Assembly: GCA_017464525.1 (NCBI GenBank)
Contig: JAFTZM010000034.1
Span: 17,817-81,816, forward strand
Origin: Clostridia bacterium
GTDB lineage: Bacteria; Bacillota; Clostridia; Oscillospirales; QAKW01
Direction: 5' to 3'
Length of the DNA: 64,000 bases
Each line of letters begins with the position of its first letter. The first letter of the stretch is position 1. The position numbers were made by a program, and so were the translations under genes. Below are positions 1 through 8,860 of this stretch, piece after piece. The notes beneath the pieces are model-generated. The model ran no database searches. It saw nothing but the letters and a program-made list of their open reading frames with translations, and was not told the origin of the DNA.

Positions 1-174
1 ATGCTGGAAACGGATAGCCCTTATTTAGCCCCCGTTCCCTACCGTGGCAAGCGTAATACCTCGGCATATCTGCCGGAGGTCATGGCCGAGATCGCCCGCC
101 TGCGGGGCGCCACCCCAGAAGAGATCGAGCGGATCACCGACGAAAACGCCTGCCGGATGTTCAAGTTAAAATAG
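1..174 (+). CDS. TatD-family metal-dependent hydrolase, C-terminal fragment (5' end outside window)
   Basis: Frame 1 is open from the window edge to TAG at 172-174. Translation LETDSPYLAPVPYRGKRNTSAYLPEVMAEIARLRG...ENACRMFKLK resembles the conserved TatD/YabD C-terminus. A hairpin terminator follows. Confidence 0.7.
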   Translation: MLETDSPYLAPVPYRGKRNTSAYLPEVMAEIARLRGATPEEIERITDENACRMFKLK

Positions 175-201
175 CGGTGTAAAAATACACCGCTATTTTT
201 T
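171..201 (+). terminator. Rho-independent terminator after the tatD-like gene
   Basis: Perfect 10-bp stem ATAGCGGTGT/ACACCGCTAT with a 6-nt loop, followed by a T-run. Confidence 0.8.
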
Positions 202-242
202 CCCATTCCCATGCGAAATTTGCAAAAAACAGGAGAATCCAT

Positions 243-992
243 ATGCTCACGAAAGAAGAAATCTATAAAATCGCCATGGAGCAATCAGCCTTAGAGCTGG
301 GCTGCAGCCGGGATGATCTGCTCAAAGGCGGCATCTTCACCGGGGTGACCCACCCCAGAGCCAGAGCCTACCTGAAGCTGCCCTTTGAATTCCAGATGGT
401 CTCCTATGGTGAAAATCTTGTTTTCACCGTGCGGGAGGAGCTCCGCTCCGTTGCCGAAAAATTCCGCCGGGAATTTCCCAATTACCGTGCCTTTGAAGCC
501 CCTGCCATTCAGAAGCTGGAGGCGCTGCTGGCCCCCCACGGGCTGAAGCCCCGCCATATGGCGGAATACTTCCTGCCTGATCCGGCCCTGATCCCCTCGC
601 TGCCCTGCGATTATGAGCTTCGCCTTTTGGAGCAACCGGATTTTAAGGATCTATACCTGCCCGCTTGGGGCAACGCCCTCTGCGCCGACCGGTCCCATCT
701 GGACGTATTGGGGATGGGGGCCTATGATAACGGCCGGCTCATTGCGCTGGCCGCCTGCTCGGCAGACGGGCCGGAAATGTGGCAGATCGGCATCGATGTG
801 CTTCCTGAATACCGCCGCCGGGGGCTGGCCTCTGCCCTCACCGCCCGGCTGGCTGCGGAGATCTTAAAGAGGGGTAAGGTCCCCTTCTATTGCGCCGCCT
901 GGAGCAATATTGCCTCCGTGCGTAACGCCATCCGCTGCGGCTTCCGGCCGGCTTGGGTGGAGATCACCGCAAAGCCCATTCAATTAGATTAA
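243..992 (+). CDS. GNAT-family N-acetyltransferase
   Basis: 249-aa ORF with an AGGAGA RBS 6 nt upstream. C-terminal QIGIDVLPEYRRRGLASALTARL matches the GNAT acetyl-CoA motif A (Q/R-x-x-G-x-G/A). Confidence 0.8.
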   Translation: MLTKEEIYKIAMEQSALELGCSRDDLLKGGIFTGVTHPRARAYLKLPFEFQMVSYGENLVFTVREELRSVAEKFRREFPNYRAFEAPAIQKLEALLAPHGLKPRHMAEYFLPDPALIPSLPCDYELRLLEQPDFKDLYLPAWGNALCADRSHLDVLGMGAYDNGRLIALAACSADGPEMWQIGIDVLPEYRRRGLASALTARLAAEILKRGKVPFYCAAWSNIASVRNAIRCGFRPAWVEITAKPIQLD

Positions 993-3339
993 GTTCTTCT
1001 CCGCTCTCATGCAGCGTTTTCAGCTGATGGGGGCGGAGTTTTGTTTTCAGTTCCTTGCCAAAAAGCTCAACGGAGACCTCCCGTTCCTCGCCGTCCGGCT
1101 CAAAGACCCGGATCACGGTGCCGCCATCTTCCCCTTCTTTTATAGCGGAAATGGCAGCGCCCTCCCCTTTGATCCCCCCATAGACCTCCGGCAGCCTGCC
1201 GTTATGGAAACTGCCCTTGATGATGACGGGCGGGCAATTCAGCCTGGCAGCGGTTTCCTCTGCCTTGCCGGCTCCCTCAAAGGGAAAAACGGTATATTCA
1301 AACTCTGTTGTGCCCATATCCATATAAACGCTATAGGCATCCCGTACCGTGGAATGATCCAGATAAGCAGCGGTACGCAGCACCGTCAGCCGCATTTCGC
1401 CGTCCCGATAATCATAGCCATACTGACCGTTATTGGCCACGCCGACCCCGCCCCCGGCGATCCAGCTGCCGCAAGGCTCCTCACCGGTCTCGCCCTTGCG
1501 TTTGATGGAACCATAGGGGATCTGGGCGGTTACTTCATCTCCTTCAATGGGGAAAGCCAACTTAAAGGTGCGCAGCGGCTCCCGCATCTCCACCTTCGCC
1601 TTGACCCGGATCTCCTTGCTGCCGGGGATCAAAGTATATTCTCGCTTCAGAACATTTTCTCCGCAGTAGGCAGTGGTGCACAGGGTCACCTGCACATCTC
1701 CCTTATCGGCAACGGCCAGATCGGCATTCTTGAACCAAGCCACCTCCGGCCCCAAATAGACCCGGTCATGGGCCCAAGTATCGCAGGTGCTTTCATCCAA
1801 AAGGATGGCACGGCAGGGGCGATCCATGATCGTTTTGTTCGCTTTTTTATCAAAAATCTTGCAAATATCACCGGTATAGGCATCAAATTCCACCGAAATC
1901 ACATCGTTTTCCATGGTTTTTCGGTCGATCTTCAGGCAAAAGCCGGGGGTCAACCGGCTGGGCTGCTGCATAAACATTCGGTAGACCGCATAGCCCAATG
2001 CAGGGATCTCCGCCAAAAAGGCAGGATGATAATTCCCCCCGGGGCGAATGTTGCTCTCGCACCGAATGCGCTGCATAGGAATTTCATTTCCTGCCGCATC
2101 AGCCACCTTGGTGGCGGCATCCTCCAGCAGAGAGACCACCGCCCGCACCGGGAAGGCATGGGGATTAAATACAACAATGGGAGTACCCAGAATTTCATGC
2201 TCCCAAGTTTTATTCGTGGTGCGCATATCGCCGGGCAAGGTCTCCCCCTGGAGGGTATCGATATTCCAGGCGATGGCCTGCGTTGCCTTATTGATGACCC
2301 GGTCGGCAATGGCCACGCTCTCCCCCAGCTGCACCGCCGCATCGGTATAGGCCTTCCGCAGAGAGCAGCCGCCGGCGATATCATGGAACTGGTTAAACAG
2401 CACATTTTTCCAGGCCTTTTTCAGTTCCTCCGCTGGGTAAGGTACCCCTAAAAGCTCCTTTCCCAGCACCGCCAGCCGTTCTGCCGCCAGTAACTTTTGC
2501 TCCGCTCTGCGGATCCCCATTTTGATGGAGCTCTCGGCGCTGTAGCAGCCCCGGGCATGGTGCTGCAGCTCATCCCTCACCACCGGAATGCCGGCCTGAG
2601 CCACCTCTGCAAAGTATTCATCGGGGGTGGAAAAAAGGGTGTTTTCATAATTTGCATCCTTAAGAGCCCGGATCAAGCGGATGGTGGGGCCGCCGCCGTG
2701 GTTCCCCACCCCGTAGAAGGCCATCAGATCGGTGCCCTCCTCCTGAGCCTGTGCGATGATCTCCTCCAGGCGTTGAAACCGCTTTTCCAGCCGAATGTTA
2801 TAGGGCTGGGGAATACGGTATGCGGTCACCCGGCTGCCATCGTCTGCCTCCCAGGAAAAGAGGGACTTGGTGACCTCCGGCTTCTCCTCCGGGTTGGGGC
2901 GCATAAACACATAGTTTTCCATCCCGCTGGCCCGCAGGATCTTGGGCAAATTCCAATTGTGGCCGAAGGAATCCACATTATAGCCGGTCTTGACGGTGAC
3001 CCCGAATTTTTCTTTAAAATACCGCTGGCTGATCAAGGCGTGGCGGGCAAAGCTCTCCCCCGCCGGCAGATTACAATCCGGCTGCAGGTACCAGCCCCCC
3101 ACAATATTCCAGCGCCCCTCCCGGACCCGCTGCTGAATTTCCTTGAACATTTCAGGATCCTGCTCCTCCACCCACATATAGTAGACGGCGCAGGCGCTGG
3201 TAAATTTAAAATCGGGAAAATCCTTCATCCGATCCAGAGCGCTGCGGAAGGTGGCCAGGGCCTCGGAATAGCCCTCCTGCCAGGGCCATTGCCATACCGG
3301 ATCCAAATGTGCATTACCGATAAGATATGTTTTTTTCAT
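964..3339 (-). CDS. GH38 alpha-mannosidase (no signal peptide, presumably cytoplasmic)
   Basis: 791-aa ORF with a GGAGG RBS. Contains GNAHLDPVWQW, NVDSFGH and QFHDIAGG motifs characteristic of GH38. Confidence 0.9.
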   Translation of the reverse strand: MKKTYLIGNAHLDPVWQWPWQEGYSEALATFRSALDRMKDFPDFKFTSACAVYYMWVEEQDPEMFKEIQQRVREGRWNIVGGWYLQPDCNLPAGESFARHALISQRYFKEKFGVTVKTGYNVDSFGHNWNLPKILRASGMENYVFMRPNPEEKPEVTKSLFSWEADDGSRVTAYRIPQPYNIRLEKRFQRLEEIIAQAQEEGTDLMAFYGVGNHGGGPTIRLIRALKDANYENTLFSTPDEYFAEVAQAGIPVVRDELQHHARGCYSAESSIKMGIRRAEQKLLAAERLAVLGKELLGVPYPAEELKKAWKNVLFNQFHDIAGGCSLRKAYTDAAVQLGESVAIADRVINKATQAIAWNIDTLQGETLPGDMRTTNKTWEHEILGTPIVVFNPHAFPVRAVVSLLEDAATKVADAAGNEIPMQRIRCESNIRPGGNYHPAFLAEIPALGYAVYRMFMQQPSRLTPGFCLKIDRKTMENDVISVEFDAYTGDICKIFDKKANKTIMDRPCRAILLDESTCDTWAHDRVYLGPEVAWFKNADLAVADKGDVQVTLCTTAYCGENVLKREYTLIPGSKEIRVKAKVEMREPLRTFKLAFPIEGDEVTAQIPYGSIKRKGETGEEPCGSWIAGGGVGVANNGQYGYDYRDGEMRLTVLRTAAYLDHSTVRDAYSVYMDMGTTEFEYTVFPFEGAGKAEETAARLNCPPVIIKGSFHNGRLPEVYGGIKGEGAAISAIKEGEDGGTVIRVFEPDGEEREVSVELFGKELKTKLRPHQLKTLHESGEELNLIEWALR

Positions 3340-3460
3340 AAGATCGACCTCCTTTTTTCTTTATTATAGAAAAACCAGCATCAAAACACCATATTTTCTT
3401 TTGGGTTAGATATTGCGTTTTTTTGGATCTTCCATTAAAATGATGGTGAGGTGAATCAAA

Positions 3461-4225
3461 ATGAGAGTTTTTTCAAAGCACAAATTCATTGAAAACGGCA
3501 TCCTCAGCGCCCAGCGTAAATGGTATAGCGGGGTAGGCTCTGCCCACAGCCATGATTTTTTTGAGATCGAGTATATTCTGCAGGGCAGCGGCTGCTGCAC
3601 CGTCAACGGCACCCCCTATCCGGTCAAGCCGGGAATGCTCTTTTTTCTCTCCCCTGCCGATACCCACAGCCTGAGCGCCGAGAGCACCGAACTCTATAAT
3701 GTGATGTTCCCATGCTCTTTTTTCGATACGGACCTGCTCTTTTCCCTCTTTGCTCCCGGAACGGCGGTGGCGGTATGCCTTTCAGCATCGAATCGTGCTG
3801 TCATGGAAAGTCTGCTGGGAGAGACCGTGGGCCGTGAGCCGGAATATGCTCGCCATTTTTTAAGATGCATCCTTTTAAAGCTTTCCACCCTGATCCCCCA
3901 CCTGAACTCCCGCCCCGATTCCCATATCCAGGCCGCCATCGTGTATATTCTGGAAAATTTTCGAAGCGCCATTACTCTGCAGGAGACCGCTGAGCACATC
4001 GGCCTTACCGCAGCTTATTTGAGCACCCTTTTTCGGCAGGAGACCGGCAAAAATTTCAAGACCTATGTGGACGAACTGCGGTTCGACCACGCCGCCCGGC
4101 TGCTCCGCTCCACCGAGCTGCCGGTGAGCGAGATCTGCCCCGCCGCCGGCTTTAACGACTACGCCAACTTTTCCCGCCGTTTCCGCCAGAAATACGGCTG
4201 CTCCCCCGGAGATTACCGCAAATAA
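3461..4225 (+). CDS. AraC/XylS-family transcriptional regulator
   Basis: 254 aa with a cupin-like N-terminus. The C-terminal double HTH ends ...GFNDYANFSRRFRQKYGCSPGDYRK. Confidence 0.9.
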   Translation: MRVFSKHKFIENGILSAQRKWYSGVGSAHSHDFFEIEYILQGSGCCTVNGTPYPVKPGMLFFLSPADTHSLSAESTELYNVMFPCSFFDTDLLFSLFAPGTAVAVCLSASNRAVMESLLGETVGREPEYARHFLRCILLKLSTLIPHLNSRPDSHIQAAIVYILENFRSAITLQETAEHIGLTAAYLSTLFRQETGKNFKTYVDELRFDHAARLLRSTELPVSEICPAAGFNDYANFSRRFRQKYGCSPGDYRK

Positions 4226-4257
4226 ACCAATTAGAGACTCTCAAAAAAAGTGCAGAT

Positions 4258-4433
4258 TAAGTGACACCCCAAATCTTTGATTTGGTTGGTGGAACTTATG
4301 TACAGCTTTCGCAGATCACATCCCGAAGGCGTATGCGATACGCCGAGCGCTGGGAGCGGCGAAAAGCAGAAATAATTCAAAAAAATGCGGCGCCGACCGC
4401 ATTTTTTATTGAATTATTTCTGCGGTCGGTGCC
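4258..4433. repeat. Dispersed intergenic repeat, copy A (5' module 4258-4307 plus 3' module 4311-4433)
   Basis: 4258-4307 is about 40/50 identical to 25063-25113 and contains the hairpin CCAAATC-TTT-GATTTGG. 4311-4433 is homologous to 10926-11042 (GCAGAT..CCCGA.GGCGTATGCGATACGCCGAGCG...TGCGGTCGGTGCC). Confidence 0.75.
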
Positions 4434-6642
4434 TTTTTTGATGTTCAATCCTGCAGATGTATGCATCCTGCTCCCGGCGGCTCAGGTTGTTCCAAAGCAC
4501 GCTCCAGCCGCAGACCCGCACCTGCAGATTCTGATATTTTTCCGGATGAAGCTGAGCCTCCCGCAGCGTGTCCACGCTGAAAACATTAAACTGAATACTC
4601 AGGCCGTTCCGTTCCATATAGGTATCGATCAGGGATTTCATCACCGCATTTCCCCGCTCCCCTTCCACCGTTGAGGGATGGAGCATCACATCCAAGCAAA
4701 AGCTTTCCATATACTGGGGCGGATCCAGCTTGGTAGCGGAATGGATCAGCGCTGTCACACCGTTGCGGTCCATCCCCGGGGTGGGAGATGCATTTTTGGA
4801 GATCTCATCCCCGAATTTGCGGCCATCAGGGGTAGCCTGCGTCTTTTCTCCCTGCCGCACAAACTGCATGGCAGAATGAAGGATGGCTTTATACACCCCG
4901 CCCCGCCCGTTTTTCCGTCCGTTGACCCGGGCGCAGAAGAAGCGGGAGATGGCCTCGGCATAATGATCGGCCAGGGGATCGCCGTTGCCGTATTTATGGG
5001 GGCTGTTTAATACCTTTGCCCGCAGAACCTCTGCCCCTTCCCAGTTCCGCTCCAGAATTCCCTTCCATTCCTCTAAAGAGAGCTCCTTCTTTTCGTATAC
5101 AAACTCCCAAACTGCCAGAATGGCATCCACCGCGGTGGCAAGCCCGCAGTTGAGCAGAGCGCTGTTATTATACTTCACCCCGCCGCCATAGCCGTCTCTG
5201 CCGTTTTTTAAGCTGGTTTCAATGGTGGCAGAATACAGCGAGGAAGGATTGATCACCCCCATATAGGGATCCCATGCGTTGGCGATCTGAATGGTCTTTT
5301 CGATCAGATTTTCATACTGCTTCAAAAAAGCCCTGTAAAAATCCTCAAAAGAGCTGATTTTTCCCGTTCGCAGGCCGATCTGCTTTTGCACCACCGAATC
5401 ATAGCCGTCGTTGAGAGCATAATGCACCGCCTTGAGGGGATTGACATAGCCAGTGGCAGCGCTGACCTCATTGGCCCGAACACCGGTTTCGTAGCAGCCC
5501 CGGATATCCATGGTGCGTGCCTCTTCATAGGTAGCGCCGTAGCCCATCACCGCCTTCATCATTCCCGGCTCGCAGCAAAAAACAAACCCGCAGCTCCCGT
5601 TGCGGACCAGCGCCAGCACCTTATTTAGAAAATCCTCCGGGAGATTTTTATTATATTTGATCTGGATCTTGGGGTTATACAGCCCCAATTCTCCATAAAC
5701 CTCGATAATATCATGGGAAAGGGGATTGATCTTGCTGCCGCCCTTCTCATCGGTGCCCCCCAGATACATGGGCTGCCCCCAAAAGTTGCCGATGGCCGCC
5801 CATTGCATCATGAAATAGGCCAGAAATTCCCGGATCTCCTCCCGGGTGTAACGGCCGGTCTCCAGATCCCTTTGATAGAAGGGATACAGGGTTGCATCGA
5901 TGCCGTTGCCCAAGGAGCGCACCTGATAGAAATCCACCGATTCCGAAATCATGAAATAAAGAAAGATCAGCTGCATGGCTTCATAAATATCGGTAGGTGC
6001 GCCGTCCCGCAGATGCCGGAGACATTCTGCGTAGGCCTTAGCCTTGGGATGGGTCTGCTTCAGCGCATGGCGGTAAAGACGGTCCACAAAATTGATCACC
6101 GCCGTATATTCCTCCTCAATCCCATCAAAAAAGGCCCGGCTTTCCTCCCCGTGGAGCTCACGGTTTTCCCGTGCCCGCTGCCGCAGCCCGGCAAACCCCA
6201 ACCTCATGATGGAATTCCAATCCGGTACCACATGATCAAAATCCGGCCAAATGGTCACCGCTCCGGAACGGTTCAGATCCTCGGCAAGGGCATTCTCCTC
6301 TGCCAGAATTCCTTGAAAAAGTTCCTTTTTCCATGGCTCAAAGGTGACAGCCTTGGCCTGGCGATCCCAGGTGTAAAATCCCACAAAATAATCATGCTCA
6401 TTGCAATCGATGCGAGTGTTTTCCAAAACAAAACGGATCGCCCTGGCCTTTGCCACCGGATGGGAAAGGCCGGAAAGATCCAGCTCGCGAAGCCCCGCCG
6501 CGATCTCCTCATCGGTCATGCCTGTAGCGGGATCATAATCGTAGCCGTGATATGCACGGCGTTTATAGGCATCAAATGGTTTCTTCGGATCATGGTATTT
6601 TCGTTCAATAAACGGGCGATCCTCATAAAAAGTCTTAAACAT
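4414..6642 (-). CDS. Glycyl-radical enzyme, PFL2/eliminase-type (substrate unknown)
   Basis: Gly-radical fingerprint VRVCGWS (Gly codon 4507-4509). Thiyl loop RGCYE (Cys codon 5494-5496) lies 329 residues upstream. ATG at 6642 sits 8 nt after AGGAG; the ORF-track GTG at 6651 overlaps that RBS. Confidence 0.9.
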   Translation of the reverse strand: MFKTFYEDRPFIERKYHDPKKPFDAYKRRAYHGYDYDPATGMTDEEIAAGLRELDLSGLSHPVAKARAIRFVLENTRIDCNEHDYFVGFYTWDRQAKAVTFEPWKKELFQGILAEENALAEDLNRSGAVTIWPDFDHVVPDWNSIMRLGFAGLRQRARENRELHGEESRAFFDGIEEEYTAVINFVDRLYRHALKQTHPKAKAYAECLRHLRDGAPTDIYEAMQLIFLYFMISESVDFYQVRSLGNGIDATLYPFYQRDLETGRYTREEIREFLAYFMMQWAAIGNFWGQPMYLGGTDEKGGSKINPLSHDIIEVYGELGLYNPKIQIKYNKNLPEDFLNKVLALVRNGSCGFVFCCEPGMMKAVMGYGATYEEARTMDIRGCYETGVRANEVSAATGYVNPLKAVHYALNDGYDSVVQKQIGLRTGKISSFEDFYRAFLKQYENLIEKTIQIANAWDPYMGVINPSSLYSATIETSLKNGRDGYGGGVKYNNSALLNCGLATAVDAILAVWEFVYEKKELSLEEWKGILERNWEGAEVLRAKVLNSPHKYGNGDPLADHYAEAISRFFCARVNGRKNGRGGVYKAILHSAMQFVRQGEKTQATPDGRKFGDEISKNASPTPGMDRNGVTALIHSATKLDPPQYMESFCLDVMLHPSTVEGERGNAVMKSLIDTYMERNGLSIQFNVFSVDTLREAQLHPEKYQNLQVRVCGWSVLWNNLSRREQDAYICRIEHQKRHRPQK

Positions 6643-6743
6643 GGCACTCACTCCTTTTTTTCTATTTTACAACACAAGAAAAAAATGTCCATGACCGTTT
6701 CAAAAATCTTGACTATTTCAAAACAAAATATTACAATAAGAGT

Positions 6744-7505
6744 ATGAAAGATTTCTTTAACGACGATTTTAATATTCAAAAGCTGGTTCTCTGCTGTTTT
6801 GTAGGAGCCGGAGCCGGGAAGCACGATCACCGCAACCGCCCCAGCCACGGGCTGGCCTATCATTGCAGCGGGGCGAAGGAATATATATTCGAAGACGGCC
6901 CCCGGCTGACCGTACACGCCGGCGAGATCATCTGCCTGCCCCGGAGCTCCACCTACCGGGTTCTGACCCTGGAACCGGGGGAATGCTATGCCATCAACTT
7001 TCAGGAGGAAGAGGAACTCTCCCCCTTTATCTTCCCCGCCTCAGATCCCGGCTTTCCCCAAGCCTTTCGCCGAGCAGAGCGGCTTTGGAAGGCCAAAAAG
7101 CCGGGGTATCTGGCCGCCTGCAAGGCCGAACTTTACCATATCCTTGCGCTGATGCAGCAAAAGCAAGGCTACCAGCCCTCCAAAAAAATGGAGTTGATCC
7201 ACCCGGCAGTAGAGTATATCGAGGAGCACTACGATACCGAGCCCCTGAGCATCGCCCGGCTTGCCGCCCTCTGCGATATCACCCCGGAATATTTCCGGCG
7301 GCTTTTCGGCAGCTTTTTAGGCTGCTCCCCCATCAAATATATCAACCGCCTGAAAACCGGGCGGGCCAAGGAACTGCTGGATTCGGGAATGTATTCCCTC
7401 CATGAGGCCGCCACTCTTTCGGGCTATACGGATATGAGCCATTTTAGCCGTGAATTCAAAAAAGCCTTCGGCATCTCCCCTTCTGCATATAGAAAAAAGG
7501 TGTGA
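6744..7505 (+). CDS. AraC/XylS-family transcriptional regulator
   Basis: 253 aa with C-terminal HTH ...GYTDMSHFSREFKKAFGISPSAYRKK. Divergent from the glycyl-radical enzyme gene. Confidence 0.9.
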   Translation: MKDFFNDDFNIQKLVLCCFVGAGAGKHDHRNRPSHGLAYHCSGAKEYIFEDGPRLTVHAGEIICLPRSSTYRVLTLEPGECYAINFQEEEELSPFIFPASDPGFPQAFRRAERLWKAKKPGYLAACKAELYHILALMQQKQGYQPSKKMELIHPAVEYIEEHYDTEPLSIARLAALCDITPEYFRRLFGSFLGCSPIKYINRLKTGRAKELLDSGMYSLHEAATLSGYTDMSHFSREFKKAFGISPSAYRKKV

Positions 7506-7521
7506 AATTCACACCTTTTTT
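7493..7521. terminator. Bidirectional terminator between convergent AraC and lipase genes
   Basis: A-run, then GGTGTGA-AAT-TCACACC hairpin, then T-run. Confidence 0.7.
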
Positions 7522-8860
7522 AAAATCCCTTGTTTTTTAATTCAGATACCAGATCCACATAAAATTCTCTCACATCAAATCCCGGGATATTCTGCCGCCA
7601 GAGGTCGATCATATCTCCATGGGAGATTCCCCGTTTTCCTGCCGGCTCCAGCATCCGGAAGTTTTCGCCCCAATGCTGGGAGGCGGTATCCACCAGCCCG
7701 TCGTTCTCGTTGCTGAAGGCCTTCACCAGATGATAGCTCCAGCTCACCGGAAAGGGGGCGCTTCTGCCGTTTTTCATCCGGGAACCGATGCTCTGGTAAT
7801 AAACCCGAGGATCATCCGCCGCCAATTCATTGAAGGCGGTGCAGTTTTCCACCGTAAGATCATTGATGGCCCCCAGAAAATCCGCATCCTGCTCGCCGAA
7901 TTTGGCAAGGGTACTGTTATAGCGGCGGGCGATCTGCTGCCGCACCCGCTCCGGTACCTTTTTCAGCAGGACATCTGCATAGGCGCAGCCGTTATGGGGG
8001 GTATTCACGGTGGTCAGGGAGGCCACCCGATCTCCCATACCCAGCATGGAGATGCAATACCGGGCATCCAGGCCGCCCTTGGAATGGGCGATAATATTCA
8101 CCTTTTCGCTGCCGGTCTCCTCTAAAATTTGCAGGATGCGGCGGCGCAGGATACTACCGCAATCGGCGACGGTATCTGCCGAGGGCTGCTCGCCGTAGTA
8201 GATGGCGGCGCCGTTCCGCTTCAAGGCAGTGGGAATTCTACCCCAATAATTAAAGTAATGAAGATCCCGGAAAAAGACCCCGTGCACCATCAAAATGGGG
8301 TAACGGGTGGCGCAGACGGCACTTTCTGCCCGCACCTGCTCCAATTCCTCCCGGTCCCATTCCTCCAGGTATTCCCGGCCAATCTTTTTTGCTGCAGCCA
8401 GCGCCAAAGCAAAATTGAACCCCGGCATCCACCAGAACATCAGCAGCAGGGCCCGCCGCCAGATCCCCAACTGCACCGAGCTGAGCGCCGCCCGGAGCAT
8501 CCCGCTGAACAGCACCGGAAAGAGCAGCAATTGGGAGGCAAAAAGCTGGATCAGCCAATACCACCAGAGCTGGTAAGGGCTGAAAAAGCAAGCAATACTC
8601 AGCAAAAGATTAAAAAGTGCCAGCCAGGCAAAGCACCGCAGCAAAAACCGCCCCCTTGCCAGCTGACGCAGTTTTTTAGGAGCTTTCAGGCCGGGAAGGG
8701 GGAAGAAAACCGCCCAAAAATAGGCGGCTACGGCCAAAAACCAAAGAATGCCGGGAACCGGCAAAAGCCGGATCACCGGCAGATCGGTAATCAAAAACAC
8801 GCCCAAAATTTGCAAAAAAGCGGCACAAAACGTACCAAAAACTGCCCTTTTTTTGCTCAT
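7520..8860 (-). CDS. Membrane-anchored alpha/beta-hydrolase, family-I lipase-like
   Basis: 446 aa. The N-terminal ~190 aa are very hydrophobic (several TM segments by eye). The C-terminal domain has PILMVHG, nucleophile elbow AHSKGG, NDGLV and HGDMID motifs. The ATG overlaps the stop of the upstream XRE gene (ATGA). Confidence 0.85.
   Translation of the reverse strand: MSKKRAVFGTFCAAFLQILGVFLITDLPVIRLLPVPGILWFLAVAAYFWAVFFPLPGLKAPKKLRQLARGRFLLRCFAWLALFNLLLSIACFFSPYQLWWYWLIQLFASQLLLFPVLFSGMLRAALSSVQLGIWRRALLLMFWWMPGFNFALALAAAKKIGREYLEEWDREELEQVRAESAVCATRYPILMVHGVFFRDLHYFNYWGRIPTALKRNGAAIYYGEQPSADTVADCGSILRRRILQILEETGSEKVNIIAHSKGGLDARYCISMLGMGDRVASLTTVNTPHNGCAYADVLLKKVPERVRQQIARRYNSTLAKFGEQDADFLGAINDLTVENCTAFNELAADDPRVYYQSIGSRMKNGRSAPFPVSWSYHLVKAFSNENDGLVDTASQHWGENFRMLEPAGKRGISHGDMIDLWRQNIPGFDVREFYVDLVSELKNKGF

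Noticed and set aside
964-992. 29-bp convergent overlap of the GNAT and GH38 coding regions.
   Set aside because: Short 3'-end overlaps of convergent genes are common in compact genomes. Nothing else is unusual here apart from the lack of a terminator.
1009-2451. 480-aa plus-strand ORF antisense to the GH38 gene. The same pattern occurs at 5713-6747, 13616-14983, 28070-29164, 30501-31718, 43216-44400, 44788-46095, 51245-52318, 58576-59511 and 59682-60560.
   Set aside because: These ORFs have low-complexity G/A/P/R/H-rich translations, no RBS and no recognisable motifs. Each lies opposite a gene with strong family signatures, so they are the typical long spurious antisense frames of G+C-rich coding DNA.
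4261-4674. ORFs starting with GTG inside the repeat module (4261-4674 and 25066-25578), which begin with similar peptides (MTPQIFDL.. / MTIQIFDL..).
   Set aside because: The similarity comes from the shared non-coding repeat. Downstream the two frames are unrelated. One runs antisense into the glycyl-radical enzyme gene and the other runs across a tRNA gene and its terminator.
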